NCBI RefSeq assembly: GCF_006345805.1 | Contig: NC_043003.1 | Coordinates: 33,542,001-33,606,000, forward strand | Origin: Octopus sinensis | Taxonomy: Eukaryota | Direction of reading: 5' to 3' | Length of the DNA stretch: 64,000 bases | In this document: piece by piece, positions 24,904 to 37,944 of the stretch | How the letters are laid out: each line of letters begins with the position of its first letter | How positions within the stretch are numbered: the stretch's first letter is position 1 | Translations under genes and position numbers: made by a program | Notes under the pieces: model-generated | The model's input: only the letters and a program-made list of their open reading frames with translations | Told to the model about the DNA's origin: nothing | Database searches by the model: none

Positions 24904-27166
24904 GTAACTACACCCACTCAAAAGGTAAGAACAAAACACTCGATCATTTCTGTGACCACATATCGAATTACCCATACCAACATATGCACAAACATAAACA
25001 CAAACCAAACTTCAGCAAAAAAGAATGGGCTGAGTTGAACAAATTAAAACAAGACAAATCAATAACAATCAAAGAGGCCGATAAAGGGAGTGCAGTTGTC
25101 TTAATGGACACGACATTTTGCATAACTTTAATACTATCTATGTGGGAAGACACACCATATTATGAAAAGGCACAAAACTACAGTCAACAAAAAACAATGA
25201 GGGAACTAAAATCCATGTTAAACCCCTACAAAGAAGGGCTCACCGACAAAGAATATGACTATATGACCAATTTCACAAGTAAAACCAGCCAAGTCTACGG
25301 TATTCCTAAGTGAGAAAATAAGTAACGCATGCAAGATAGCCACAGACAAAATAATTAAATTCCGTAATCCTAATGACCTCAAATTGAGACCCATAATAGC
25401 AGGACCCGCATGCGAAACCCACCGCCTCAGTAACTTTTTAGACACCCTGTTAAAACCACTCCTCAAACATGTCAAAAGCTATGTAAGGGACGACATGGAT
25501 ATGCTCAATCACCTACCTAATACTATAAACAAAAACACCCTACTAGTATCCTTCGATGTAGTCAACCTCTATTTCAATACCCTCCACAACCTAGGAATAG
25601 AGGCAATTCAATTCTGGCTAGAGAATCACGCCAACGAACTCCCACATCGCATCTAAAAGGAATTCATGATAGAAGGGGTTAAATTCATCCTGGAAAATAA
25701 CTTCTTCGCCTTCAGAGACAACTTCTACCGACAAAAATCGGGGACTGCGATGGGTACGCGAATGGCCTCCTCCTTTGCCAACCTAGTCATGGGATATCTA
25801 GAAATCAGTCTGTATCGTAAGGTTCTAGAAAGATATGGCAGCCCTTTCTCCCTCTACATAGAAAACAACTGGAAGAGATACCTAGATGTCTGTTTCATCC
25901 TTTGGCATGAAAATATAGAGAAACTCAAAGAATTCCAAGCAATTTTAAATGGACTGGACGTAAACATCCAATTCACTATGGAATATAGCCAGCAACAACT
26001 CCCCTTCCTCGATATCCTTATCAAGAAATCTAATAATGTTATAGAAACAGATATATACTATAAGCCTACAAATTCTAAGCAATATCTTCCTTTCAATTCA
26101 TGCCACCCCAGACACACCAGAATGAACATTCCCTTCAATCTAGCAAAAATGATGTGTACTATAGTTTCTAATGCAAACACCAGAGACACAGGACTACAAG
26201 AACTAAAAGATACCCTCATTACCAGGAACTACCCACCTTCACTTATTGACATATGCATTCAACGTGCCCTCCAACTCAACATCCAGGAACTCAGACATCC
26301 CAAATCAAAGAAAAATTTACAACCAAAACCCTTACCATACATCTCCACACACAACCCTCTCAACAATGAAGCCTTCGACACCATCCTCCAAAACATACCC
26401 CTGCTAAAAAAAGACCACAGAATGAACACGTTCCTCCAAACACACACGATCATAAAAAGCAAGAGACAGCCTAAATCTATGAAAATCTCCAAACACAAGC
26501 CCGAATACACTCTACAACACAGAAGCCGACAGTAAAAATATGTGGAAGACCCAATTGCGGGATATGCGATTATCTAATTGAAGGATCAGAGTTCTCCTTC
26601 AAACAGGGACAACGGTTTACAGTGAAAATCAACTTCACATGTGCTTCGGAGAACCTGATATACACACTAACCTGCTCTTGGTGTCAATAGCAGTACATAG
26701 GCCAAACGAAAAATAGTTTGCGTAAAAGAATGGCCCTGCACAGATCCCAGATAAAAATTCCCCAAAACAGAAAAATAACATTCAGCCAACACATAGATAC
26801 TTGCGCCAACAACAAAACACCAAACTTCAGGATTTAGCCCCTCTACCAATTCAGGGACGATACAACCTCGAGCCAACGATTAAGTAAAGAACTCTTTATT
26901 ACAAAATATAAGCCCCTTCTAAACGGGTCTACGACAAATGATATATGCCCCTTTGCTTTTGAATAACACAAATACACAAGCAAATATTACATTCCTAAGA
27001 AACCACTATAAATCAGCCCCAATCGCAGCTATAACCCGTAACGTGCCAACTTTAAGTCATACAACACCTCACTACTTCCACTCATTCATATTCTCCCTCC
27101 TCTTTCTTCTTCTTCTTCTTCTTCTTCTTCTTCTTCTTCTTCTTCTTCTTCTTCTTCTTCCCCTTC

Positions 27167-27199
<33 letters not shown>

Positions 27200-27690
27200 T
27201 TCTTCTTCTTCTTCTTCAGCATCATCAACATCGTCATCATCATCTTCTTCTTCTTCTTCTTCTTCTTCTTCTTCTTCTTCTTCTTCTCCCCCTTCTACTT
27301 CCTAACTTTATCACTAATGCTTTTTAGTATAACACCTACGCAAATTCTATAGACAAACCTTTCAATAGAAATACTCTCATGAACTGCTAGCCACCACTGA
27401 CCATTCAAAATACAAACAATCAAGGCCCCCCCTTCTCCTCATCATCCTTCTTCTTCTTCCCTACCAAGAATTCACAACGACCTCGAACCCACAAGTGTGA
27501 ACAAGAGAGACAGAGCAAGGCAGAAACAAGGAAAATGCCACTTATATTCGAACACTATACAAATATTCCTTTAAAAAAACATTTCTTTTAATTTTTCTAA
27601 ATTTAATTATTTAATCGTTACAGTTCAAAAAGTCTCAAAATGACTGAAACCGGTACTGAAATGTTCTTTATAAAATTATTTTAGCATTTT
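24904..27690 (+). mobile_element. Penelope-like element (Neptune-like): RT and GIY-YIG pseudogene plus 3' repeat region
   Basis: ORF pieces read ITIKEADKGSAVV, YGIPK, LRPIIAGP, LVSFDVVNLY, QKSGTAMGT, WKRYLDVCF, LPFLDI, DIYYKPTNSKQYL..SCHP and PYISTHNP. From about 26535 the frame reads CGRPNCGIC..NLIYTLTC..C..QYIGQT..LRKRMALHRSQI..KYKPLLN. Several stops and frameshifts are present. Confidence 0.95.
27100..27300. repeat. (CTT)n/(CAT)n microsatellites within the PLE 3' region
   Basis: Direct reading of the sequence. Confidence 0.95.
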
Positions 27691-27700
27691 CTATTTTGAC

Positions 27701-27758
<58 letters not shown>

Positions 27759-27828
27759 CGGAGTAAATACATAAATGTGAAACAAGGTGGAAAAAAGAGT
27801 ACTCAAATACCAGTGGTAGAGTAATATG

Positions 27829-27984
27829 CTTTATTTTAAGCAGCAGAAAATCAACAAAATCTGTTACTCTGAGTTTCTCGTTGCCGTTCATCAGACAGTT
27901 TTTGCTAGCAAAAACTGTCTGATGAACGGCAACGAGAAACTCAGAGTAACAGATTTCGTTGAATTTTCTGCTGCTTAAAATAAA

Positions 27985-27985
<1 letters not shown>
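27829..27985. repeat. Zero-loop palindrome (78/79-bp arms) centred on GCT|AGC
   Basis: The arms differ by one substitution and one indel. Confidence 0.95.
27915..27952 (+). ncRNA. Minimal type I hammerhead ribozyme motif (mirror copy on the minus strand at 27861-27898)
   Basis: CTGT-CTGATGA-aCG-GCAA-CGa-GAAA-CTC-a-GAG-TA-ACAG. Stem I is CTGT/ACAG, the core is complete, the predicted cleavage is after GTA, and pair 10.1-11.1 is an A.A mismatch. Confidence 0.6.
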
Positions 27986-28022
<37 letters not shown>

Positions 28023-28040
28023 TGTTTTGTTTTTGTTTTT

Positions 28041-28253
28041 TCCAGTTTCAGCTCTTGAGCTGTGGCCATGCTGGGGCACCGCCATTGTGGTGAAAGAGTA
28101 CAGCAGGGATCACCACCCCCTGCCGGAGCCTCGTAGAGCTTTTTTAGGTGTTTTCGCTCAATAAACACACACAACGCCCGGTCTGAGAATCGAAACCGCG
28201 ATCCTGCGACCGCGAGTCCGCTGCCCTAACCACTGGGCCATTGCGCCTCTACA
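28041..28253 (-). mobile_element. Chimeric SINE: family-A tRNA head and body joined to an L2/CR1-type 3' tail
   Basis: 28086-28253 is SINE A. 28041-28085 reads GGCGGTGCCCCAGCATGGCCACAGCTC..AGCTGAAAC on the minus strand, matching the LINE tail at 31125-31170. Confidence 0.75.
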
Positions 28254-28810
28254 TATATATATATATATATAAGTTCAGCAAAAATTTAGATTCAAATGAA
28301 TATGGTACTTAATTTGGATGCACCAGAATTCTGTATGGTGTTATCCATAAAAATCCGTGGGGTGATTATAATCAAAATAAGCAACAAGAATGACTCGTTT
28401 CGTACTACATCATTTTATACGTACCAACTTACCGGAGTCATTCTTGTTGCTTATTTTGATTATATATATATATATATGAAAAAATGAACAGAAATGGCTT
28501 TTCTGGTAAATTTACCGCTTTTATAATTAGATGTATATAAGTTTGCAAGAGGTGACCGATAGGAGTTTCTCGCTTAAAAGCTGTTTTCAAACTTATACTT
28601 TAGCGTTTGTTATTGATTGTTTAAATAGGGAGTGTCTAATAACAAACATACACACATACAAACACTAACTCCAGACACGCAACCATATATAAATATACCT
28701 ATACATAAATACATATAGACATCAAGCATAAAGAAACGGTATTTTCTGCTGTGGTGATTTTGGTATGAAATGGTTCTATAAAGCCCTGTTAATGACAAAG
28801 GTAGGTACCT

Positions 28811-28858
<48 letters not shown>

Positions 28859-31119
28859 GCTCATGACATTCGTGGTTCCCTTTATTGTTGGGGGGCTAAT
28901 AAATAGTTAACAATTTTTTAGAATTACAGGCTATCCCTGTTTTATGATATGCTTTCATTTCATGGAATATGTATAGTAAAATAGTTTTAATTGTCCCAAA
29001 TTGTGCCGCCTGTAAAGACAAGTATGAGAACCACTACTGTAAGAAATGAGATTGTTACTGAATTGAACAATGCTTTTTATGAGAAGTACTGTTCTGGAGA
29101 TTAATTATTTGCAATAGAAGTTTTCAGCTAATATCAATGTAGTCAAGAATTTTGAAATCAATTAAATATTTTCTTTCCTTTACACTCCTAAGTGAATAAT
29201 GCCCCAGTACTATTCTAAGTCTATTACATCGCTATGCGATCTTACAATCACCTAGAACGTGTACATATGTACAATAATTGAGATGTATCTATCGTTACAA
29301 ATCCTTATGCATATTTTGAACCCCAACATCAAAACATAACTAAACTTTTGACGGGAAATTTTACTAGAATTTATAACAAAAATTATAGACATTACATATG
29401 GTTCGCTTATACACACACGCACACACACACAATATACTTTTAATAACCGTTCTCCCTGTATAAACCCCACCGAGTCCCGGAAAATATTTCAGAATATGAA
29501 CGTAACTTGTGCAGAGATCAATGTGCCCATTAATATTTCGAAAGAGTTGCGAGAAGGAAAGTGTGTCCTAATCTGAATGAAACTTTTTGTTGCTGAAATT
29601 ATAGGAATGATTTTCTTTTTTGCCAATTTAAACGTACTATTTTAGAAGTGAATAGCAATGCTTGGTTGAGAGAAATTGGTGATATCGGGTCGTAGAGCAG
29701 GTTTTGTTTTAGTTGTTCCGACGTTTAGTCTCTCCATATAAGTATATGCACTTGTTTGATCACTCCCGTATTTGTAATTCTAAATGAAACTTTATGACAT
29801 CATCTGCCATCACTTTCTTTAGATTCTCAACATCCTTTATACAGGAATTACCATAACGTCTATGTATCTGTTATATGTCATGCTCTTGTGTTTAGGTATT
29901 ATCTGTTCTCTACTGTGATAAGTAGAACATCGCAAAACGCCGTTAAATAGAACGCCTTGGGTCCTAAAGGAAGGACATACCCACCTGATATGAATCTTTA
30001 TATGAATTACCTTCTCGACAATAATACACACACACAGACACATATATATATTCATACACAAGGAGAATATGAGAATAAGACATAGAGGAAGGAAGGAAAT
30101 TAAATGAACTGAAAATAAAATAAATGGAATGAAATGAAAACAGGTAAAATTGAATGAATAAATACATGAGTTGACTAAAATATGTTTCTGACAGATATTA
30201 ACTATAAGTCATACAAACTCAGACATAAAGACATACTATCAAGTGTATAAATCGATGACCTATAAATATAAATGAATATATCAACAAAATAAAGAAATTG
30301 ATAAATAATAACATATTTATTTATGGATTGCATAATTTTGAAGCTTATTTGGTTAATCTAGTTAGAAATATACAATGAATAATATTATATCAATTGACAG
30401 GTTGTATGTGGATATAGGATAAATATTGTTGCGGTGAACAGATATTGAGTAAGTTAACAATGCAAGCATATGTAATATATTTCGCAATGTAAATTCCGAA
30501 ACAATATGTTTGGAATCTGTAACCATAAAGCTAGTGCTTAAAAATAATGACCAAACACAAACAATAAGATTAAAAATGAACGTTTGTGTACGGCAGTAAT
30601 ATTTTACAAAAATACATGTTGTTCTACCCAGTAAATATACTATATGTTATCACATGGAGGATTTTGAATAATGTACGAACTTAAGTTGGAATCAAACGTC
30701 ACTATATAACGAAGAGTTAATTATGTCAAAGGATCGATGGTTTCGGGAAGTCTATCAGTAACAAGAAATATAATATACAGAATCGACGGTTTCCTTTCTT
30801 GTTACTTGATCAGCACCCTCGTAAGAGGAAAACCAAAAGCCTTTCTACTTGAGACCACATATCTTTCCTAATAAGTAAAATTTCGTGGTTATTTCACTTG
30901 ATATGTATAGCAACAACATTTTCATCAAGAAAGAAATCAGTACTACAAGATTTCAAGAATGCAAGTGTGGTCTACTTCTACAAGAGGAAAGGTGATATGA
31001 TAATCAGTGTACGTTCTTAAAAAGGATAAATCTAAGTAAAAGAATAAACGCACAAGCTGCTAATGCATGGTATACTTTTGAATGTAGCTTTGCACTATGA
31101 TATATATATATATATATAT

Positions 31120-31609
31120 ATATTATTTAGTTTCAGCTCATAAGCTGTGACCATGCTGGGGCACCGCCTTTTGGTGTTGCTACATGATTTTACTTCACGA
31201 ATGCTTTTTAGCAAATGCCATCTGGTGCATGAGAGAGTTCGATGCAGCTGCCCTCATCTGCACCTCCTGCCGTGAAGCTGGTTCATCTGGGACACCTGAC
31301 AAGAAGAGATCCAGTTTCATTTTAAAGACATCTGCATCCACCCCATGCAGGTCTCTTAGGTTCTTCGGGGGGATATTGAAGAATGTGGGCCTCGGAAGCC
31401 CAGGCTATCACAGTATCTTGTCCTACATCTTGATGGCAAATTTGGAGTCCTTGGCACTATGCAGTGGCGCCCAGTTCTGGCATTTGTGTAACTCTCGATG
31501 CCAAAGTTTGGGACAAGTCCTTCTAGGATCTTCCAGATGTATATTATGGCATATTTTTCTCGCCTACGCTCTAAGGAATAGAGTCTCAATCTCTTGAGTC
31601 TTTCCCAAT

Positions 31610-31610
<1 letters not shown>
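31120..31610 (-). mobile_element. 3' end of an L2/CR1-group LINE
   Basis: Encodes LYSLERRREKYAIIYIWKILEGLVPNFGI..RTGRHC..SLGFRGP, then (frameshifted) LRDLHGVDADVFKMKLDLFLSGVPDEP. The 3' tail is GGCGGTGCCCCAGCATGG..CTGAAACTAAATAA. Confidence 0.8.
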
Positions 31611-31919
<309 letters not shown>

Positions 31920-31920
<1 letters not shown>

Positions 31921-32990
31921 AACTACATTTACATTACATCATGTAGCAGCACCTTCAAAGCTAGAGTGAGCAATCACTACTCTAGCTTCAAATCCCATAC
32001 AAAATCTAACAGTACATCGTTATCTCAACTTATCAATAGACTAACGCCTGACTCAACTCCTTATACTCTCATATATTCCATAATCACCCACACTAAACTT
32101 TACAGTGGATATAAGTGTGATCTCTGCAGAGCGGAGGTCATGTCTATTTTGCAATCCACGGACTGCCTCAATGAACGCAGCAGTATAATATTCACCTGCA
32201 AACATCGGGCGCTAAATCAATTCTCGAAATACAGATAATTATAACCCCACCCGCTCTTGTCTTCCTATCACTCTCATATATTCTTTTTCCACCCTCACTA
32301 CCACTGCGTATTATATGAACAATATTTTTTCTCCCCTGTTAATTCCTTCATCGTCAATTACAATTTTTTATCCGTACTTTTACTTACCATCTAAAATGTT
32401 CTTCTCTCCTTATATTCCTACTTACTCACCCTCCTACCCCACCCGTAAATGTACATATAAATACACCTACGTACACTTCGCCACTTCATTCGTTTTTTTT
32501 CTTGTACCAATTTACGCCTTTTGACCATTAAACCACTAGCTGTACTTTAACTCCCCAGCCTAGCTTGCTTTATTCACACATATATTCTTTTGCCCCCCAC
32601 GTCGAAAATATTTCACCACCCTCTCCCCTCCAGGTTCTATTTATCTTCAAATGCCAATCACACTATAAAATTCTGTTATTAAGCTAAAACTACCATATTG
32701 TCCAATTCCTTCCTTCTCTCAATCCCGATATTTTATTTATTTGTATACCTTTCCTTCTCTCCTTTCTCCCCTCGTTTATATACCCCTCATATACTGTGCC
32801 CTCCACGCATTCTGTTTAAACTTTTGCATCAACATGTACCTGCTTGCAACAATGTAGCCTTTAATCTAATCAAGATATCCTTGGCCTGAATTTTGGCGGG
32901 CGTTATACACTTTACTTGGATTTTACCACTTCTGAAGTTCTATTCGCTATGAAACATATGTAGCCCGGATTTCCCATACTCCATTCCGTA
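31920..32990 (+). mobile_element. PLE endonuclease C-terminal fragment plus pyrimidine-rich 3' region
   Basis: ORF 31909..32238 reads TFKARVSNHYSSFK..STSLSQ..YTLIYSII..KCDLCRAEVMSIL..LNERSSIIFTCKH, the same motif order as 23614-23967. Confidence 0.75.
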
Positions 32991-33001
32991 ACTCTTGTGT
33001 A

Positions 33002-33096
<95 letters not shown>

Positions 33097-33284
33097 ATAT
33101 ATATATATATATATATATAGGTGTGTGGGTGTGCTTATGTATAAATTCCTACATGTATACACGCAAACTTACAATGCAAGTATTCGTGTAATAACGCCGC
33201 ATAATCATACATAATGATTAGTGGAATTAACATTGTATTTTTGTAACAGTATCTAAGTATCCCAACCGGGTTATTCTTTACTCT

Positions 33285-33497
33285 TTACTCTTTTACTCTT
33301 TTACGTGTTTCAGTCATTTGACTGCGGCCATGCTGGAGCACCGCCTTTTAGTCGAGCAAATCAACCCCGAGATTTATTCTTTGTAAGCCCAGTACTTATT
33401 CTATCGGTCTCTTTTGCCGAACCGCTAAGTGACGGGGACGTAAACACGTCAGCATCGGTAGTCAAACAATGCTAGGGGGAAAAACACAGACACACAA

Positions 33498-33532
<35 letters not shown>

Positions 33533-33697
33533 CTTATATACGACAGGCTTCTTTCAGTTTCCTGTCTACCAAATCCACCCACAAGGCATTGGTCGGCCCG
33601 GGGCTATAGCAGAAGACACTTGCCCAAGATGCCACGCAGTGGGACTGATCCCGGAACCATGTGGCTGGTTAGCAAGCTACTTACCACACAGCCACTT
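33285..33697 (-). mobile_element. Composite CORE-type SINE with an internal microsatellite
   Basis: The minus strand has a GTGGCTGTGTGGTAAGTAGCTTGC head and ends GGCGGTGCTCCAGCATGGCCGCAGTCAAATGACTGAAAC. Similar copies lie at 42115-42330, 57470-57580 and 62985-63322. Confidence 0.8.
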
Positions 33698-36600
33698 TTT
33701 CCAAAAAATTATTTTCATACTTACCGACAGATTTAGTGTATCGATTGGATGAAAATTTCTCTTCCTTTTAACACAGATGTGGCAATATCAATTTCAATGA
33801 AGTATAGACATAAATTGAACAAACTATAGACACATCCATGCTTTTCTACAACATAACAAATTCATGCGCTAAGCACTCCACCAAAAAAACAAAATCAATC
33901 ATCTACACTGTTGCTCGACCTGCTTGCTGTAAGCAGCGTGTCACTGAAATCAAACTTTACTCTCCTGAAAAGGATCGCATATTATGATACATATAATGCA
34001 ATTCTACGTATGCCATAACAGTTAGCCAACTTGATATAACCATAAATAAATAATGATTTATCTGATTTACAATTCAATACATGCTGTCGGAGACAATCAT
34101 TGTTTGAAATAAAAAAAAATAACGACCCAATAGATGTCTAGTATTCATTGTATTGACACACAGCGAGTAGAAGTCAAACATGACTTCTAGGGATTTATAA
34201 GAAGATTGCATTTATATTTAATGCAGTTAACGAACTGTTTTCTATACATCTGCCTCTCTACTCTCTGAGATACGTATATATTTAGCAATCATATTTTACT
34301 TTTAAGGTTTTTTTCTCCCTTAGCTCGGTTTGATATTGTTTCCCTCATAATTTTCTAAAGATGTAATTATAATGTTTATGCTTCCATTGTAGTAGTCTAA
34401 TTATATATGTGTGTCATTATACTTCAGTATATAATTTTCGAAATAGTTTTGTTTAATGCATGACTCTTTTATGGAGTTAAAAAAACGGTATCTTACAGTA
34501 ACATCACGATATGTAAATACTCAAAAACAGCACTAAAAAATAATAAATTCACAGCATGTTGATGAAACCTACCAAAAATGACAAAATTTTACGCAAAAGC
34601 TATTCACACACGCACGCATGCACACACACACACACGCACTTACAAATATACATACACAGATACACATACACACACACACAGACACACACAAGCACACGGA
34701 CACGCAGACATATACATACACATACATACACATAGATACACACATATATGTATGTTTGTATGTATATAGCTTTACATCACGCATAAGCACGCATATATGT
34801 GCACATCTACGTGATTGCCGATTTCTCTGTACATCCATGGTTGTGATTACATCAAAATGTGTGACGCAATAATGAATGCATGACTATATGTGAGAATACG
34901 AGACTGATTGTACTCATTAAAATATTCATTCGTTAATTTGCCTCTGTTGAAGGTTACGCCCAAACAAGTGGAAATTAACAAGAGGTTAGAGAACAACAAA
35001 GTTACACCTCAAAACAAACGTGTGATGAACAATTAGGAGAAATGTCTTAACAAAAATATCATCCTGAGGTCATAACAAGAAGAGGTGGAAGAATAAGAAC
35101 TATATCCCATTAATACCTTAGCTATTAATGAGAGACCAGGAAACAGAAACAACGAGATTTAGTTTATTTAATATTCAACATAAAGCATGAGGAATTGATA
35201 TGCAAGCAAGGTCAGATCTGATAACAGTATTCTAAAATTATGCATAGACTAGCTATCATTTCAGATGCTATGAGATTTAGACAATGTACTAATCAAATAT
35301 TCTATTTGTGGTCTTTATATCATGTCACCGTTATCAAATATTGGTACGTTGTCTGTCAGCGATGCATTCTGAATTTAAGGTTGTGCTATTTTAATGAATA
35401 CGATTCTAATAGATAAATTCAATGAGTGTTTCCCACTCGCAACGTCTTCTTTAAATTCCCTGAGATTTTAAGTCTTCAGCAGTATAATACTTTTTCATAT
35501 TTTCTACAATCCCGAGGCTAATTTATAAACTTTAATTATTTTATAAGTACGGGGCTTCCGACAATGATATATTCTAATACAATTTTTTTCAGGGTTATCA
35601 GTGAAACAAAATTGAAAAAATAGTTAAGAATAGGTTCTGAAATCCATCAGTTGCTTGATCTGTCAGTAGGCTAACTCTCATAATAGTGATATCCATGGTA
35701 ACATAAAACACAACGATTTATACTGAAGACGAATGTGATATTAACTTTGTATGTCAACATCTAATTCAGGTAAAAAGGATGACTGGAAAACAATTATTTC
35801 TGTTGTTATTTTTATTGTTTTATTTCATCTCGTAGCATCTGCGATCACATCATATGACTGGTTTTTCTTTGCCAAGCTTTTCCAAGTACTCAATGCATTT
35901 AATAAAAGAATATATCATATATGTATTAGTAAAACGTGAAGCGAATGATTTTCCTAAGTTATACCTTTTTTTTGTTTTTATTTATTTACTGAGATCTAAT
36001 TCTGACGCATTTGGTTTAATGATTTGCTTTCTTGGATATGGTGAAACATTAGCAGCTGTAGAATGCATATAATGCCGTTCCTCAATACCTTTAAAAACTT
36101 GATTAGTGTGTTGGCGATACAAATCAATAATCATTGTCCTCTTATCCCATATTTGGCTACAACACTTTTCATTCTGTAATTATGTTTGCTCCATACACTC
36201 CACTGAAGTGATGATAAAGAAGTAAAATAAAGGTAATATACAGAATACCATACATTTCCACTGGCAAGAAAATCAATGATCAATGTTATCGAATGTAAGA
36301 CAAAAGATTTGTCTGTGTTAGATATAAGGTACAAATAGGGCATGTGTTTCAAGCACTTTGATCGCATCTTCATATTATAGTCTAAGCCTGCAGATCAATG
36401 GATAAATTTTAGCGTACTGTGAAAGTGTAACGACTATTTATTACCAGAATAAATATCTTAATTAAACATAAAATGAGCTATGGGAAATAATTAGATCAGC
36501 CAAAGGTATTAGTTTGGATAATTAAGTCAAAAGCTGATGAACTAAATACTGTCCGCCAAAAACTTATTCGTAATTGAAATTTACAATTTAGATAAAAAGA

Positions 36601-37944
36601 AATAAAAAACCTTATAGCAATTGTTAGAGACTCTCATTGAGAGAACACATGTAACTTCTAAAAATTAAGAAATAATTTCTCTACTTCATTCACTTATATA
36701 TCCGATCATTGAAATTCGTTGTTCGTATCAAACCACAAGTCATGCCGGCTAGAGGAGAAATATGATCAAATATGTTCCTGCTGAAACCATATAATACCCG
36801 ACACTACACTAAGATTTGACGACTGCATGGTATATAGTTAAGTAATACACTTTGTAATAATCAGGTTTTGGCTTAAATCAATTTGTATATTGGGCACGTA
36901 ATTCCTTCTCTTTTCATTTATCGTTCTGACGTTATTCATTGTTATTGAATTCTCTTAATTTTTCAGTGACGTTTTTCGTGTTTCTGATCGCAGACAGCAT
37001 TAATTCTTCTCAACACGAAACGGTTTTTCAAACCTAATGTTGCACTACTGATGGTGTCACTGCGTTTAGCAAAAACATTAACGCCTTCCTTTCTCAGTTT
37101 TGTTATTATTATGAAATTGAAGTGATTACGATTATTCGATTCTTCATTCGAAACACCTTTTATTGAAGCACTAAGAAATGATATTGGCTTCAGAATGCTT
37201 GTGAAAAGAACGATAAATGCCTAACAAGCAGCTGCCCTCAATACCCAGTGGTAGAAAGCAGAAAAATAAGAGGTTTATCTCTTTAGCTTTTAATATTTAA
37301 TTTACAGACATTACACTTTTGCGTTCGGAATGGCTACAACTCATAATTAATCGGCATCACAAAACGCTACCAGTCTTGAAAAAGAACACAAAATCGAGAC
37401 ACAAAATGTGTAACTCAGAAATGTTCAAGAGTAAGAAGAAAATCAACATTACAGTTAATAAGTGATAGAAGGAAGTGTGCTAAATAGTGAGTTAAGTAGT
37501 TTTGAAGACAGTGGCAACAAAAACAGCCATAGAAGTAACAACTCTTACCCATATTGCGGTCCGTTCATATAAAAGCCGAGCAAAGATAATTAATTCTTCC
37601 TTAAAATTAAACGATCTTCTAGAAATGTTGAACCTATTAGGGGTACAAGGAAAATATAGATGGGAAATTCGTTTTAAACATCAGCAGCGTTTCTTATTAA
37701 CCGAATAAAATCTTGGAAAGGCCAAACAGAAAACAAATGCATTTCTTTACACAAAAATACGAAAGCAGAGTATATTTTCTTTCACAGTGCAACAAGCCCT
37801 CCAGGATATAGAGAGGAAGTACTTCAATTGAAAAAGACAAATTCTATGGCATTATTTACGTACATTTAAATCTGCAAACGAAATAAAAGCAAGTATGTAC
37901 TTGCTGGGCATAGGCCTGATTATACATTTGTACCCCATTTGTAC

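Noticed and set aside
32928-32970. CTGAAGT..GAAACATATGTA hammerhead-like relic after the 31.9-kb PLE fragment
   Set aside because: Stems I and II cannot be formed and A9 is missing.
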